A stretch of 64,000 nt of DNA from Lama guanicoe (lineage: Eukaryota), in assembly GCA_013239625.1 (NCBI GenBank), contig MU053652.1:4579902-4643901 (forward strand). Reading direction: 5' to 3'. Position 1 is the stretch's first letter. The number at the start of each line of letters is the position of its first letter. Positions 38,190 to 50,726 of the stretch are shown here, one piece after another. A program made the translations under genes and the position numbers. The notes under the pieces were generated by a model. That model made no database searches, had not been told where the DNA came from, and saw only the letters and a program-made list of their open reading frames with translations.

Positions 38190-38885
38190 ATTATTCTGGA
38201 TATTTCATATAAGTGAATCATGCAATAGGTGACCTTTTGTGCCTAGAATTTTTTGGATAATATCTTCAAGGTTCATCCTTGCTGTAGCGTATATCAGAAT
38301 TTCATTTCTTTCTATGTCCAAATAAAATTTCATTGTATGGATATACCACATTTGTTCATTCATTGATCAACTGATGGACATTTGGGTTGTTTCCATTCTT
38401 TGGCTATTATGAATAATGCTGATATGAATATTTGTGTACAGGTTTTTATATGGACATATGTTTTCAGTTCTCTTGAGTATATAAGTAAGAGTGGTAAGTC
38501 TTTGTTTAATATTTTGTGGAACTGCCAAGCCATTTTCCAAAGTGGCTACATCATTTTACAACCCCACTAGCAATGTATCAGTGTTCTAATTTGCCACATT
38601 CTTGTCAGCGCTTTTTATTGTCTTTTCTACTTTAGCTATCCTAGTGGTTGTGAAGTGGTATCTCATTATGGCTTTGATTTGCATTTCCCTAATGACTTAT
38701 GATGTTGAGCATCTTTTTTATATGTATATTGGCTATCTGTGCATCTTCTTTGGAGAAATGTCTATTCAACTCATTTACCCATTTAAAAATTGAATTATTT
38801 GTCTTCCTATTGTGGAGTTGTAAGACTTTTTTACATATTCTGGATAGATACGTGGTGTGCAAATATTTTTCCCATTCCATGGTTG
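38190..38885 (-). mobile_element. old L1M fragment
   Basis: ggacatttgggttgtttcca...ttgcatttccctaatgact...gttgagcatcttttt...ttggagaaatgtctattcaa. Confidence 0.85.
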
Positions 38886-39106
38886 CTCATACTTTTAAAT
38901 AATAGTTTGGCTAAATATAAGTTCTAGCTTGCTTATTATTTACTATTAGATATTTAAAGATAGTAGTCCTTTGTCATGTAGGTTATGTTATTCATAGGAG
39001 GTGAAGATTCATGTCATTCATTGCTTCTGGACCATCCTCAGCCACTATCTCATGCCTTTCTTTCTATTTTCTCTTCGCAGAATGCCAATGCGGTGAATGT
39101 TAGTCC

Positions 39107-39710
39107 TGTCACCTGAAAATTGGGTTTGCTTCTTGGTGGGTATTGAGCCAGAGACACAACCAAGCCAAAGATATGGGGAAGGAAAGATTTATTACTTGCA
39201 GCAAGTAAGGAGAACATTGGGGATCTTTCCCAAAGCAGTGTCTTCCCAGACAGCAAAATTCGGGAAGTTTTAAGATAAGGGTACGTGTATATTCAGGAAG
39301 GGGCTTGAGCAGATGAGAATTCAGCTCAGAATTGGGGCAAAAGTTGACAGAGTTCAAGCTTTAGTCGACTGACGTCAGAAAAGGTCAGTATCAACATTCC
39401 ATCCCCAACCTGTGTCGGGGCCTTAGTTCCTGCAGAACTCAAAGATGTGTATCAGATTGTGATATATATCCCTTGAGTAAGTATTAGGACTATTTTTTAT
39501 CACTGAACAATTGTTTCTTGACTGCTTTCCCTTTTTTCCTGCATTCCCTCACATCCCTTAAGATCATTAATTACTGAGAGCTGTCCAATGGAAAGCATTG
39601 TAGCCAGGCTTAAATCGCAAAATGGCTTAGGCTAAAAATGGCTTCTTTTAAGTCAAGAAGTCATGCCTGGTTCTCTTTCTTTAAACCCTCCTCCCCCTCT
39701 TCTGCTTACA
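39107..39710 (-). mobile_element. complete ERV1-like solo LTR
   Basis: TG...CA ends; near-TSD GTCC/ATCC; AATAAA on the - strand at ~39188-39193 followed by ~80 nt of R-U5. Confidence 0.7.
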
Positions 39711-42699
39711 ATCCTACTCATTTTGGTCATCACATCCCTCTAATTTTTCCTTAGCATTTTTCGTCTTTCTGTCCGTCTCTCGTGCATTCAGTGTAATTTT
39801 TTAGATTTTTTTTTAGTTCACTAATTTTGTCTTCCATGTTATCTAATCTTCTGTTTAACTTGCTCATTTAGTTTTAAATTTCTATTGTTATGACTTTCAT
39901 TTTTTAGATGTTCAATTTGATTTGTTTTTCAAACCTCCCTCACCTTTTTGGACAGAATATGGCCCTTTTCTCATGTTTTTAGTTTCCTCTTACTTTTCTT
40001 TAAACATTCAAAAAATTCTTATTTTTTTCACTCTGTACCTAATAATTCTATTATCGGAAGTCAGAAAGGGTCTTATGCATCAATTTGTTGGGTTTGCTGA
40101 TACTTGCTCATGGAGACTTTTTTCTGTTTTTTTAGAAAAAAAATTTGTGTGTGTGTGTGTTCGAGCTTTACCTGTCCAGACCTTTTGTGTGGGAATCCTA
40201 TGTATCCTGGAGTGAAGGGAAGTGCCTCCAGAGAAGTTTTGTGCAAAGCTTCTTCAAAGAACCACCAGTCCATTTCTAATTTTTGTTAATCTTTCCTCTT
40301 GTGTTTTCCCAGACCATGCGTAGTACACATTCTACTCTCAAATTCACTAGAAGCACAGGATCCCAAATTCTCAACTGGAAACTGTTTTATTAAGCCAGGA
40401 ATGCAGGTAAAGACATACACACATCCCTGGCCCCTCCCTTTGCTGGAGGCCAGATTTCTCCCACCCTTCCTGGAGAGCACAGCCTTGAGGGTCCAGCTCT
40501 ACACCTGGCTTTGGTTATCAAGATTGGTTAACACCCTAAGACAGCTGCAGTTTCAGGGTCTACTTACAACAACACTGGTTTTTAGGCTTCTCTTTATTCT
40601 TTGCTTTGTATGTTTGTTTGGCTTTTGCTCCTGTAGATTTCCCTTCCTTCTTTTTTTCTTCAAGCTCTGCTATGCATATAAAAGAATGTTCGCTATGATT
40701 TAGGTTTTGTGTTGGATGTTTCTGTTTATACTTAGATTGTCCTATTATCTAGTTCTTATGTTGCCTGACATAGAACCCCCAGGGAAAACATGCACAAATT
40801 GATAAACGTGATTTCCAGTGTGCGCAGCACCCATGAAGCCCTGTACCGATCCAGTTGCTTCAGAAGATAATCATATAATGGAATTCCTACTGCTGTTGGA
40901 TAGCAGATGTATGACCTCTCTGGGTAACCTAGAATTTTGACCCAGTTCTTAAGGTTGTGAAGAAGCAAAGTCAGTGCTAAATCTTTCAAGTAGTCAGGAG
41001 GAGAGAAATTGGAGACAAAGGTTGGTCCTTCTGAGAACCTTAAATCAATCATCCTCCACCTAATTCTCCTATGTAGGGCTCTAGGGGAAGGTGTGTGAAA
41101 CACGGTATCTGCACATAACAAGGGCTCGATAAACATTTGCTGACAGAATGAATGTATAACTGAATCATTGTGTCACAAGACATCCTTGATTTTCTGCAGT
41201 AAATTTCCCTCTCTATTGATGTGACTAATTCCCAGGCTAGTGTTGGAGAATGAGTTTGTTACAATGTTGTTATCTAGAAATGAAGTGTGTTGGGGTAGTA
41301 TGCAATGAATAGCCATTTCAGATTAATCAAAGAAAGCTTCTTCGACAGGGTATACTTGCGTTGAATGGCGAAGAAAAATTATGTGCTACTCCAAAGCTTA
41401 CATATGAATTGTGAACAGTAATATCTAACATTTATGAAACACCTACTATACACCATCACTGTTCAAAGTTCTCTCCATATATCAATTTATTTAAGCATCC
41501 CAACAACCTTAGCAGCTGGGTATTACTATGATTCTGTTTTATAGATGAGGAATTGAAATATAAAGAAATTAAGTAACTTGCTAATGGGTAACAGAGCTGG
41601 AATTCAAACCCAGGTAGTGTAGCCCATGAGTCCATGTGCTAAGCTATTATTGCCATAGCCCCTCAGCCGGGACCTGGGTTCCTTTACAAAGTGCTGCATG
41701 TTATCCCACAGACCGTGTCCTGGGAAGCCTCTGAGCCTTGCCTGTGCTCTTCTCAGCACTTGAAATGTATTCTTTCTTTATCTGGTGAACTCATTCATCT
41801 TTTCAGACTCAGCTGAGATTTTTGGTGACTCCAGAAACTGACTCTAGATTAGACAATCGCAACAAGGACAAAAGGGGAGGGGAAGAATCTATACTCTATG
41901 GTTAAAAAAACCAAAAACTAATAGACTGATTACATGAAGCCATCAAGGAGACATCCATGTTGCATATTGGCTGTGGCTCTGGGAGACTGGGCTGAGACCT
42001 TGTGTGTGTGTATGTGGTGGTGGTGGTGTGGGGGAGGGGGGCTGGAGTGGGAATCCAAATGGCAGAAGCATTGTTTTAGGAGTTTAGGAAGCAATCTTTA
42101 CATCCTTGTTCCTCGCTTGCCTTTATCTGGGACTCTCTTATCCAGGAGGGAAACTGAAGTGGCTGGTGGAAAACATCTGATTTGGGCAGTCACACAAAAC
42201 CCACCTGCCCAATATATCTTCCTTTTGTGTGAAATCCTTACTCTTTGGGATAAAGTATTGTCCCACAAAAGGCACATTTTACAACCATGTATTGTGTTGG
42301 TACCACGTGCCAGGCCCTGGCACTAAGGCCCTGCGCTAAGCGTGTTCCATGTCTGTCTTATTCAATCTTCACAGCCATCCTAAGAAACGGGTTCAATAAT
42401 TACTGTACATTGTACAGATGAGAAAACTGATCTCCTAGAAACAGCAGAAACAGTTTCCTAGCGGAAACTGAGGTAACACAGCTCAAAAAACTGGCAAAAC
42501 TGGGACTCAAACCCAGGTCAGGATACTAGAATCCATGCCCTTCACTACTCCCCACATTCCCTCTCATACTTCATGTGTGTATGTAAATCCCGTGCTTCTT
42601 AAAAGGGGAAGGGGCCATGGAGAAGCTAGGACGGGGGAAGTAACTATCTTTAACCGAGTGCCTGGAGGGTACTAACTTGGTCCCAGGAGGGAAGGGAAA

Positions 42700-43250
42700 C
42701 CTAAGCAAGGTCCCCGACTTGCTGGGGTCAAGGCGTGCCTTCTCTGGCTGGACAGCGCTGGGGTCCGACAATCCGGGGGCCCCGACCCCCGCGCGCTCCC
42801 GCAGCCCTCTGCTTGCCTGCCTGCTCCCAGCTCCCTTCCAGCAGGCTGGGGCTTGGAGCTCCCACGCGGGCCGTCTATCCATCCGCCCATCCACCAGCCA
42901 GGGGCGCGCCAGGGACTGCCCAGAGCGGGAGGAAGTGACCGGAAGAGGCCCCGCTGGCGAGCCAGAGCCCTGAGCTGGCCGAGTCGCGCTCTCTCCCGAG
43001 GCTGACTCAGCGGAAACTGCCCAGGACCGCCCTTAGCGGGTAGGGACCTGTCCTCACCCTTACCCTGGTTCAGAGACACCGAGGCAGGCAGCGGGCCCGC
43101 AGACCTCAGGAATCAGAATTCCCGCTCGCTGGGCGGGGGCGGGGCGGGTGGGTTTGGAGGTAAGGACAGGGACTCCAAGGCACCTGGGAGGACACCTCAT
43201 TCTCAGGTCTTAGCAGAGGGGTCTGTGGGCGAGTGCCTTTGGGTCCTGTC
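42700..43250. promoter_or_regulatory. orphan intergenic CpG island (enhancer or promoter)
   Basis: CpG-rich; tandem ETS cores GGAAGTGACCGGAAG (42931-42945), GCTGACTCAGC AP-1/ARE motif (43001-43011) and GC boxes (43131-43148). Confidence 0.6.
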
Positions 43251-44444
43251 TTAGACTGTCCTCTGCGTGGAGGGCCTCCAGAAGGCGTGGTCCCAGAACT
43301 CAGAGAGGCAGCTATACTCCGCTTTCCTGAGGATGTCCACACAGCTACGCGTGCCCTAGGGAACCCCCCAAACCTGGGCCAGAATTATAAACCCCTTAGA
43401 GCAGCAGAGTTCTGTCATACTCCTATCCCTTGTCCAGCACATTGTCCCCCTACCCCAATACACACCAGAGGAGTCAGCCTTTGTGTGACAGGTGTTTGCC
43501 CACACTCTGTAGGGACCCGGCTGCAGGAGGGAAATGCGTGATCAGGAAGGAGGTGAAAGGTCGCTGTGCAGGTCAGCCTCCACCTGAACGCATGAGGTCG
43601 GCCAACCTGGGCTAGGCAGGGAGGGCCAGAGTGACTGAGTCATTCCAAAAACTGGGAAGGGCATAAGTCTTGCTCTTGTTACAAGCAGGTCAAAGGCTGG
43701 CAGTCATCTTAAAGCCTTCATTGTCTTCTCAGAAACACTGTCTTCTTAGGGATAATTTGTATCCTGATTGATTTTGCTTATAGTAATTTTTTTTTGAAAG
43801 ACGGTGAGTTTGGTGTTTTACAAAAGTGGTGAGGTGTGCTTTAGGTAACTCAGAGTCCCAGGGTGGGGATAGGTGGTGGATATTAGGACTGGCCAGGGAC
43901 ATCATGCCCAGAAGCCATCACGTGGACATTAGCAAGCATGTTGGGATTGACTATTCTAACAATACTCACCCAACCTGTCTTGCACAACCTGGAAACTCCA
44001 AAGGTTTAAATCGAATAAGCCAAATCATCTCCTCAGCCGTGGTCAGAATGCTCGTGTCCAGCCCTCAGCTACTTTTGTAAATATCACCTTTGCCACCTTT
44101 CCCAATGTGTAAGTTTCTGATGAGAGCAATGAGATGTCTCCAGGCCTCTCAAACTCAGAATGGGTGCAAGGCCACCTTGTTTTGTTGCCTCATTTCGGAC
44201 CCACTTCCCCTGGGGGCTGAGGGAGGAATTAATACAAACCCTGTGTAAGGCTGGAACTTTCCCAGAAGGGCTGGGAGCAAAGCTTGACCATGGGGACATG
44301 ACAACCAAGACTCAAACCAGGCCCGCTGTCCAGTTAGGATGCAAGCTTGGAATGATGAGAGTTTTAAGGAGGTCGTGTCCAGATATGGCAAGATAAGGAA
44401 GATTAATGTGGGGCTCCCAGTACCATGGTATGCAGGCTTCCTCA

Positions 44445-44446
<2 letters not shown>

Positions 44447-44479
<33 letters not shown>
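44447..44479 (+). repeat. (CA)n microsatellite
   Basis: Read directly from the sequence. Confidence 0.95.
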
Positions 44480-44481
<2 letters not shown>

Positions 44482-44574
44482 CACACCAGCAAAGACTTTG
44501 CATGTGGTAGGGGCTCAGTAAATAGTTGTTAAATGAAAATTTGCAGCTCGGTTTTAGACTTAAAAAAGAGTTGA

Positions 44575-44749
44575 GCTCACAGCGAAAAAAAATGTGACAA
44601 TGATATATGTATGTTCATGTATAACTGAAAAATTGTGCTGTACACTGGACTTTGACACAACATTAAAATGACTACAACTCAATAAAAAATGTAAAACAAA
44701 ACTTGGTTGTATCAAAACAAATAATATATCACTTAGGAACAACATCAAC
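44575..44749 (+). mobile_element. 5'-truncated young L1 3' end
   Basis: AATAAA at 44681-44686; 13-bp TSD AAAAAAGAGTTGA at 44562-44574 and 44750-44762. Confidence 0.85.
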
Positions 44750-46377
44750 AAAAAAGAGTTGAAAGCAGGTCATAACCATGTCCCAACCTGTTGCACAATG
44801 GTAGGCCCCTAATTCCCACACACTATCCCTTCCCATCCCTGGACCTTTTTTTGTGTGCTCCTGTTTTCTCTACCTGGAATGCTCCCCATCTCCTTCACTT
44901 GGTTAACTCCTTTTCATACTTTAAGTTTCAGCCTAGACCTCAATTCTTCCAGGAAGTCTTTGCTAATCCTCTGAGTCTGGATTCTGTACCCCTCTTACGT
45001 GCCCTTCTATGCCTATACTTCCTTCCTGCATTAGCACATATCACATAGGATTTGTAATTGCCTGTTTCCTAGCCTGTGTCCTCCATGAAGCCGTAAGCCT
45101 TGAAGGCAGTGATTGTACCTTCACCGTGCTCATGCCCCTGCCCCTGTGCTTAGCACGTAGTAGATGCTCACTAGATATTTATGAGATGAGTGTGTTAGGG
45201 ACACTGGCTCTTCTTCCACTTCCTTCCCAGAAGCTGATCTGAAGTTCAACCGCCTGCCAAGACTTCTCAGAGAAGTCTATTTTATAAAAAAGCTTTAAGC
45301 CCAAGGAAATAATATCTAAAGATGAAAGCTCAGACACATTGGCTGGAGTAGGGGTCTCCTCCTGCAGATAACACCTGGGGGAGGTGGTCATTGCTTCAAT
45401 TGATGCTGCTGAGAACCAATGGCAGGAGTGTGTGCGTATGTTGAGATGAAGTGGAGGATGTTTTTAGGTCCTGAGCAGCCCTTTGGTCCAGTGGTGTTAT
45501 GCACAGTGACATACTGGACAACTGGAAAGGGAGGGTGGGGTATGTCTACAGAGTCTGCGCAGTGCTGTGGGGCTGGTAGAAGCTCTCTTGTAGCAGTAGC
45601 TATCCACGGAGGATTTGCGGAGAAAGGGGAGTAAGTTCAAGAACTTACATTATTTGTTCCACTGTTTTGTCAGTTTATTTTGTGCTGCTTTAATCGCCAA
45701 GATGCTGTGATTATAGGTATATATGTACATATATATATAAGGTGCTTGAGGTGGAGGACTGGGCATAGACAGATGGTTAGATTGTGTGTGCGTGTGTGTT
45801 TCACACCTCCGTGGACACTGATGTGTCCCTATGCCTTCAGGTCTGTCATGGAAGTGAGGAGGGAAGAAAGGGAAAGAACATTTACTGAGTACCTGTTCTG
45901 TACCAGATGCTTTACGATTTTTATCTTGTTTAATCCTCACAATAGCTCTGTAGTGTAGATTTTGCTACCCCCATTTTATAGATGAGGAAAGTGAGGCTCA
46001 GGGCATTCTATAACTTGCCAAAGGACATTGTAATAATTGGTGTCCTTGACAGTAATGTCCAGTTTATGTCAGCTCTACCTCAGGCTGACTCCTAACGCAG
46101 TATTCAGGTTTTGGTATCTAGGACAGGACACAGAAGTAATTGTGTAATTACTGATTGAGCCCAGTGAAGAGGAAGGTTAGGCATTCAGGCTCTGGGTCAG
46201 TTCAGGTTCTACCTCTGCACGTTCACTGTGTGGCTTTGACATTAGGGTGGATGCCTTTGGTGCGTCAGTGCTTTGCTCTTTTTTTTTTCTCGAAAAATAC
46301 CACAAATTTCCCTTTATTAAGTAGTCAGTTCCAAACAACTTAATAATTATTTATGTCCTAACAACAAATTGAAAAGA

Positions 46378-46560
46378 CAAACAAGTTTCTCCTGTAGAGC
46401 ACAGGGAACTATATTCAATATCTTGTAGTAACCTGTAATGAAAAAGAATATGTAAATGAATATCTGTATGTACGTATATGACTGAAACATTATGCTGTAC
46501 ACCAAAAATTGACACATTGTAAACTGACTATACTTCAATAAAATAAATAAGAATAAAAGA
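46378..46560 (+). mobile_element. L1 3' end fragment
   Basis: aacaagtttctcctgtagagcacagggaactatattcaatatcttgtag... followed by an AATAAA tail. Confidence 0.85.
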
Positions 46561-47087
46561 AAAGACAATAGGCATAAATTGAAAGAAAAACATTTGAATT
46601 CATTTTAACTTACCATAGTTACTAAGGGGATGTCTGTGACTGTTGGGCTTTGCATTGCTTCCCTAACTTTGGAGTCAGAGTAGCTACCACCACACTCATT
46701 TCCTGTTACACACTGATTTCATGTGGAAAAATCCAGTTTTGCAAAAATATGACGTCATTGGAAGGAATGTAGCGCCATCTACTGTAGAAACAGTGATCTG
46801 CCTTGAGCCAGTGGTTCACATGATGCCTGACAGATGTTGAGTTTTGCTCAACATCTAAATATTTCTAATATGCTGTGGCACCTCACTGTGGCATCTTGGA
46901 GCACGCTGGCACACAGGTTGGGAGTTTCGGTCTTAGGGAGTATCCAAGGCCATCTGGGCAATTGACTTATCCTTTCTGTGCCTTGGTTTCCTCACCTGTA
47001 ACCTCTGGATAATAATATGTAGCTGATGGCGTTGTGATGAGGTTTGAAGGTGTTTATAAAGCACCTACACGATGGTGCTTGATACTC

Positions 47088-47305
47088 TATATTGGAGTCA
47101 CCTGGGGGAGTTAATAAAAATCATGGATGCCTGGAACCTTACCCACAGATTCTGATGTATTGGTTGGGATGGGCCCCAGGCAGGGGAGTTACTTTAAGTA
47201 CCCCAGGAGATTTTTTTAATAACATTTTTTATTGATTTATAATCACTTTACAATGTTGTGTACCCCAGGAGATTTTAATGTTCGGCCAAAGCTGAAAATC
47301 ACTGA
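47088..47305. mobile_element. MER5A-type hAT-Charlie remnant carrying a ~45-bp L1 insertion
   Basis: tcacctggggga...cagattctgat...ccccaggagattttaatg...gctgaaaatcactg; internal direct repeat GTACCCCAGGAGATTTT. Confidence 0.65.
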
Positions 47306-47562
47306 CCTAACACATAGTAAATAGGCTATTTTAAAAATAAAAGTAAAGTTTTTATAATGGTTACGCAGAAAAACACAAACCTAAGTATCCAAAGGCCTGG
47401 ACTCTAGACCTTTTTTTTCCATTTAAGGGCTGTGTGGTCTTGGGCAAATCATTTGCTGTCTCCTAACCTCTATTCATCCACATAAAATGATGATAACTTT
47501 AGTCTACTCTTAACTCACAGGGTTATCATGACATGTGAAATAGTGTGTGTGTGAACCTGCTG

Positions 47563-50500
47563 GGGTTTTTTTCTTTTTTGAGTAAAAGTAGATTTATTTA
47601 GAGAGATGTAAAAGGGGAGTGGGTTAAAGTAAAGGTAGATACAGACTCCATAGACAGTGTGGCCTTCTGGGAAGGCAAGAGAGCGACTGAGTGGTATTGC
47701 CAGTTTTTATACGCTTACAAGTGAGGATTATTCCAATTACTTTGGGGAAAGGGCAGGAATTCTCAGGAAGTGGGCCACCACCTCTCTTTGATCTTTCATG
47801 CTTAGCTTTGGAACTGTCATGGCGCTTGTGGGCTAGTACATTACAATGTGTATAATGTAGCTCAAGGTCCACTGGAGGGCTGCCATCTTGGGCCTCAGGG
47901 TCCATTGGGAATTGACTTTTCTGCCATTTTGGTGCTGATTGTTGGTTTTTTTTTTTTTTGGTGGGGGTAGGTAATTAGGTTTATGTATTTATTTATTCTT
48001 AGAGGAGGTACTAGGGATTGAACGGAGGACCTCATGCATGCTAAGCATGAGCTCTGCCACTTGAGCTATACTGTCCCCCTGTGTCATTCTTTTAATGGCT
48101 ATGTCCTGCCCAATTCCTTCCTGTCTCATTCCCCCCTCAGAATTTTACTCCCATAATCTTATGAAAGTGCAGAGAAGCGGAGGTCCATCTTCTGTAGCTA
48201 CTTCAGGGCTGAGTAGGGGTGCTGACCCTGCCTATCAGGGAGTAAAAAATCTGAATTCCTGATCTAGGGGCTCCAGGGGCAGGACAGCTTTTTGTTTCTT
48301 GAGTCCAAGGGTGGTATGGGCTGGAATCCTCGCATGGCCATCATCTTAACCACTTCTATAATGTTTCTATGACTCTTCCTAAAGATGAATCACCTTTGCA
48401 ACAGCATCAGAGCACAATATAGCTGTCTGTAAACAACAAAAGACTTAAATGGCATGGTTAAACAACTGATTGCAATGTAATCAATAAAAGGAGTTATTTA
48501 CAATAACTAGAATTATGGCTGATTATATTTAGCTTAGTATACTAAATAATCCTCATACCTTCTTTTGCTGAAAGCACACTTCTTACTTTCCTTGAATACT
48601 AAAATGTTTCCCTTATTTCAGTAGCTTTAATTACATCCTTAATCCCTAGCAAAAACCAAAAAGCAAATAATTATGAACTATTTGTTAAACCAGCGTTTTT
48701 GTTTGGAAACTTGTTTTAGTCTTCCTCTCCTAAGAAGGCAAAGGTAGATAAACTTAGACCTGCCCAGAAATTAATGTTCCGATATTTTATAAATGACCCA
48801 GATAGTAGTGAGTTTTCTTTATTTAACTTAGTTTCAAGTTTTAGGTACCAAAATCTGGGGAGACTATTTTAGATAGACACTTCCAAAACATGATTATTCC
48901 TAAAGAGTTTACTTAAAAGCTCTTATCTCATTTACATTTACTTTCCTTGAAAGTTTTTTTCACATTGAGTTACTTTCCTGGCTGACAGATCTTATTTGAC
49001 CTCTAATAAGCCAGAACAGAAATATTATGCTTAACACTGATGACGCTAAAGACATGTCTATATTAATTAAACCAACAAGCTCAATACTAGATTTTGATTT
49101 AGTACTGAATATTTCCCAGATCACATGAAACTGAAATTTACTCAGGCCAGTTTTTAAAAAGATATTTCTGAGTATTCATATAAGCACTAATTTCCTTTAA
49201 GTCAATTAAATAGAGCTATTTTACAAATTAATTTTGGCAATACCATACATTTTCGACACTCAAACATATAAAACCCAGAGACCACATAGTTCCCATTCCA
49301 AAATTTTAGCCGTGAATCAGGTATAACAATGTAAAAACCCATCAGTTATAAGAGGTTAGATTCAAATTGGGTTTCTGGCAGATGGAACAAATCAAAGTCA
49401 CCTGTCTAGATGGCTGAACTTTTTTACTAATATTTATGGAAAAGAGACAAGATGTTTATTGTCCAACAAGTTCCAAATTGCTTGCTCCCTTTCCTGAAAT
49501 TTGCATCTCAAAGGCATAGGACAGGTAAACTCCTCCCAGAAAGACTTTGTTTCCTTAAGGCCAGAAAAAGACTTTTTCCTAGATACTTATAAGCCTCTTA
49601 AGATGAGTAAGGGAGGTTTGGGGAGTGGTAAAAGGATTGGTGGGCTTTGTATTATTTCTGGAGCCACACCTTTGGTCTTGTAAAGACTAGATTTGTAAAG
49701 CAAGGACAGTTTTATTTTTTCCTCATTTAGCTTAGGAAAGAATTTCCCCCTCAAAATCCTATCAGGCGACGAATATCAGCTATGTTCAGTTTAGTCAGAC
49801 AGGTAGCCTCCCATTTTGGAAATTTATTTACAAATACTTTTGATGACCCTTTCTGGGTTTGAGAGGTTCTCTAATTATGACCTTCAGTTCAGCCTTTGAT
49901 GTCACTTTGATGTCAAGAGGCTTGCCTATACCCCAGGTGGTCTCATTTCTAAAGGCAGCCTGACAGTAACATCTCAGTGTTCCAGACAGTGGGGTTCCCT
50001 TGAGAAACAATATGGGGATGGAGAATGGAGACCTCCCCTGGCTTGGTACTGAGGCAGGCTCCTGTGGCCAAGAGCAATTGTTTTTCTGGGCGGGTGTCCT
50101 TTTGGTGAGAGTTCCCAAGTTGGACTACTGTTTAGAATTTAGTGAGCAAGTCCCTTCACAACAAAGGGATGGGGCACTCAGGCATGAGCAGAAACTGATA
50201 TGTAAAGGTAAAATTTTCTAGCAGGCAGCTAAGGGCGCGGGTATGTAAATTGCTTGGTTTGGGGCTTTTCATCGGTCCCTGTTATTACATAGGATTGGGA
50301 GGCCAAGGGTGCAGGGAAATCGGTCAGCACAGAGTAGGCAGCTCCCATATTTAATAAGAAAATAACTTTCCTACCTGCTACCTCAAGGGTTACCCGAGGC
50401 TCCTCCAGAAAGATGACTAGATGTCCTTTGGGAGCCAGGGATGGTCAGCCAGCCAGGGGCCTTGTCTTCGGTCCTCTCAGCCATTGTTGGTTTGGGAGCC

Positions 50501-50726
50501 CCAAGCCCTCTTCAGGACTGGAGGCAGTCCTGCTTTCAGAGTCCTTCTTGTTTGCATATCAGGCAGGGTCCTGGTGGACTTTTTCCATACGGAGGGCATT
50601 TGTCCTTCCAGTGGCCCGCCTGGCTGCACTCAAAACAGGTCCCTTCTCGACGAGACAGTGGTTGTGATCCAGGCTTCCTGGATCCTGTCCTCTCCATGGA
50701 TCTTCAAAAGGAAGGGTAACTCTGAG
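47563..50726 (-). mobile_element. 5'-truncated ERV1-class element (degenerate gag-pro, AT-rich interior, PPT, U3-R, poly(A)) with 14-bp TSD
   Basis: The - strand encodes zinc knuckle CFECSQAGHWKDKC (~50639-50598) and protease-like PRVTLEVAGRKVIFLLNMGAAYSVL (~50399-50325). PPT at 48138-48129, LTR from 48128. TSD GTGTGAACCTGCTG at 47549-47562 and 50727-50740. Confidence 0.88.
47946..48078 (-). mobile_element. vic-1-type SINE nested in the ERV LTR
   Basis: Reverse complement GGGGACAGTATAGCTCAAGTGG...TTCAATCCCTAGTACCTCC with A tail. Confidence 0.85.

Noticed and set aside
40756..41136. 126-aa ORF with protein-like composition
   Set aside because: It starts in an L2-like repeat end and has no recognisable family or exon boundaries. 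BLASTX would be needed to reconsider it.
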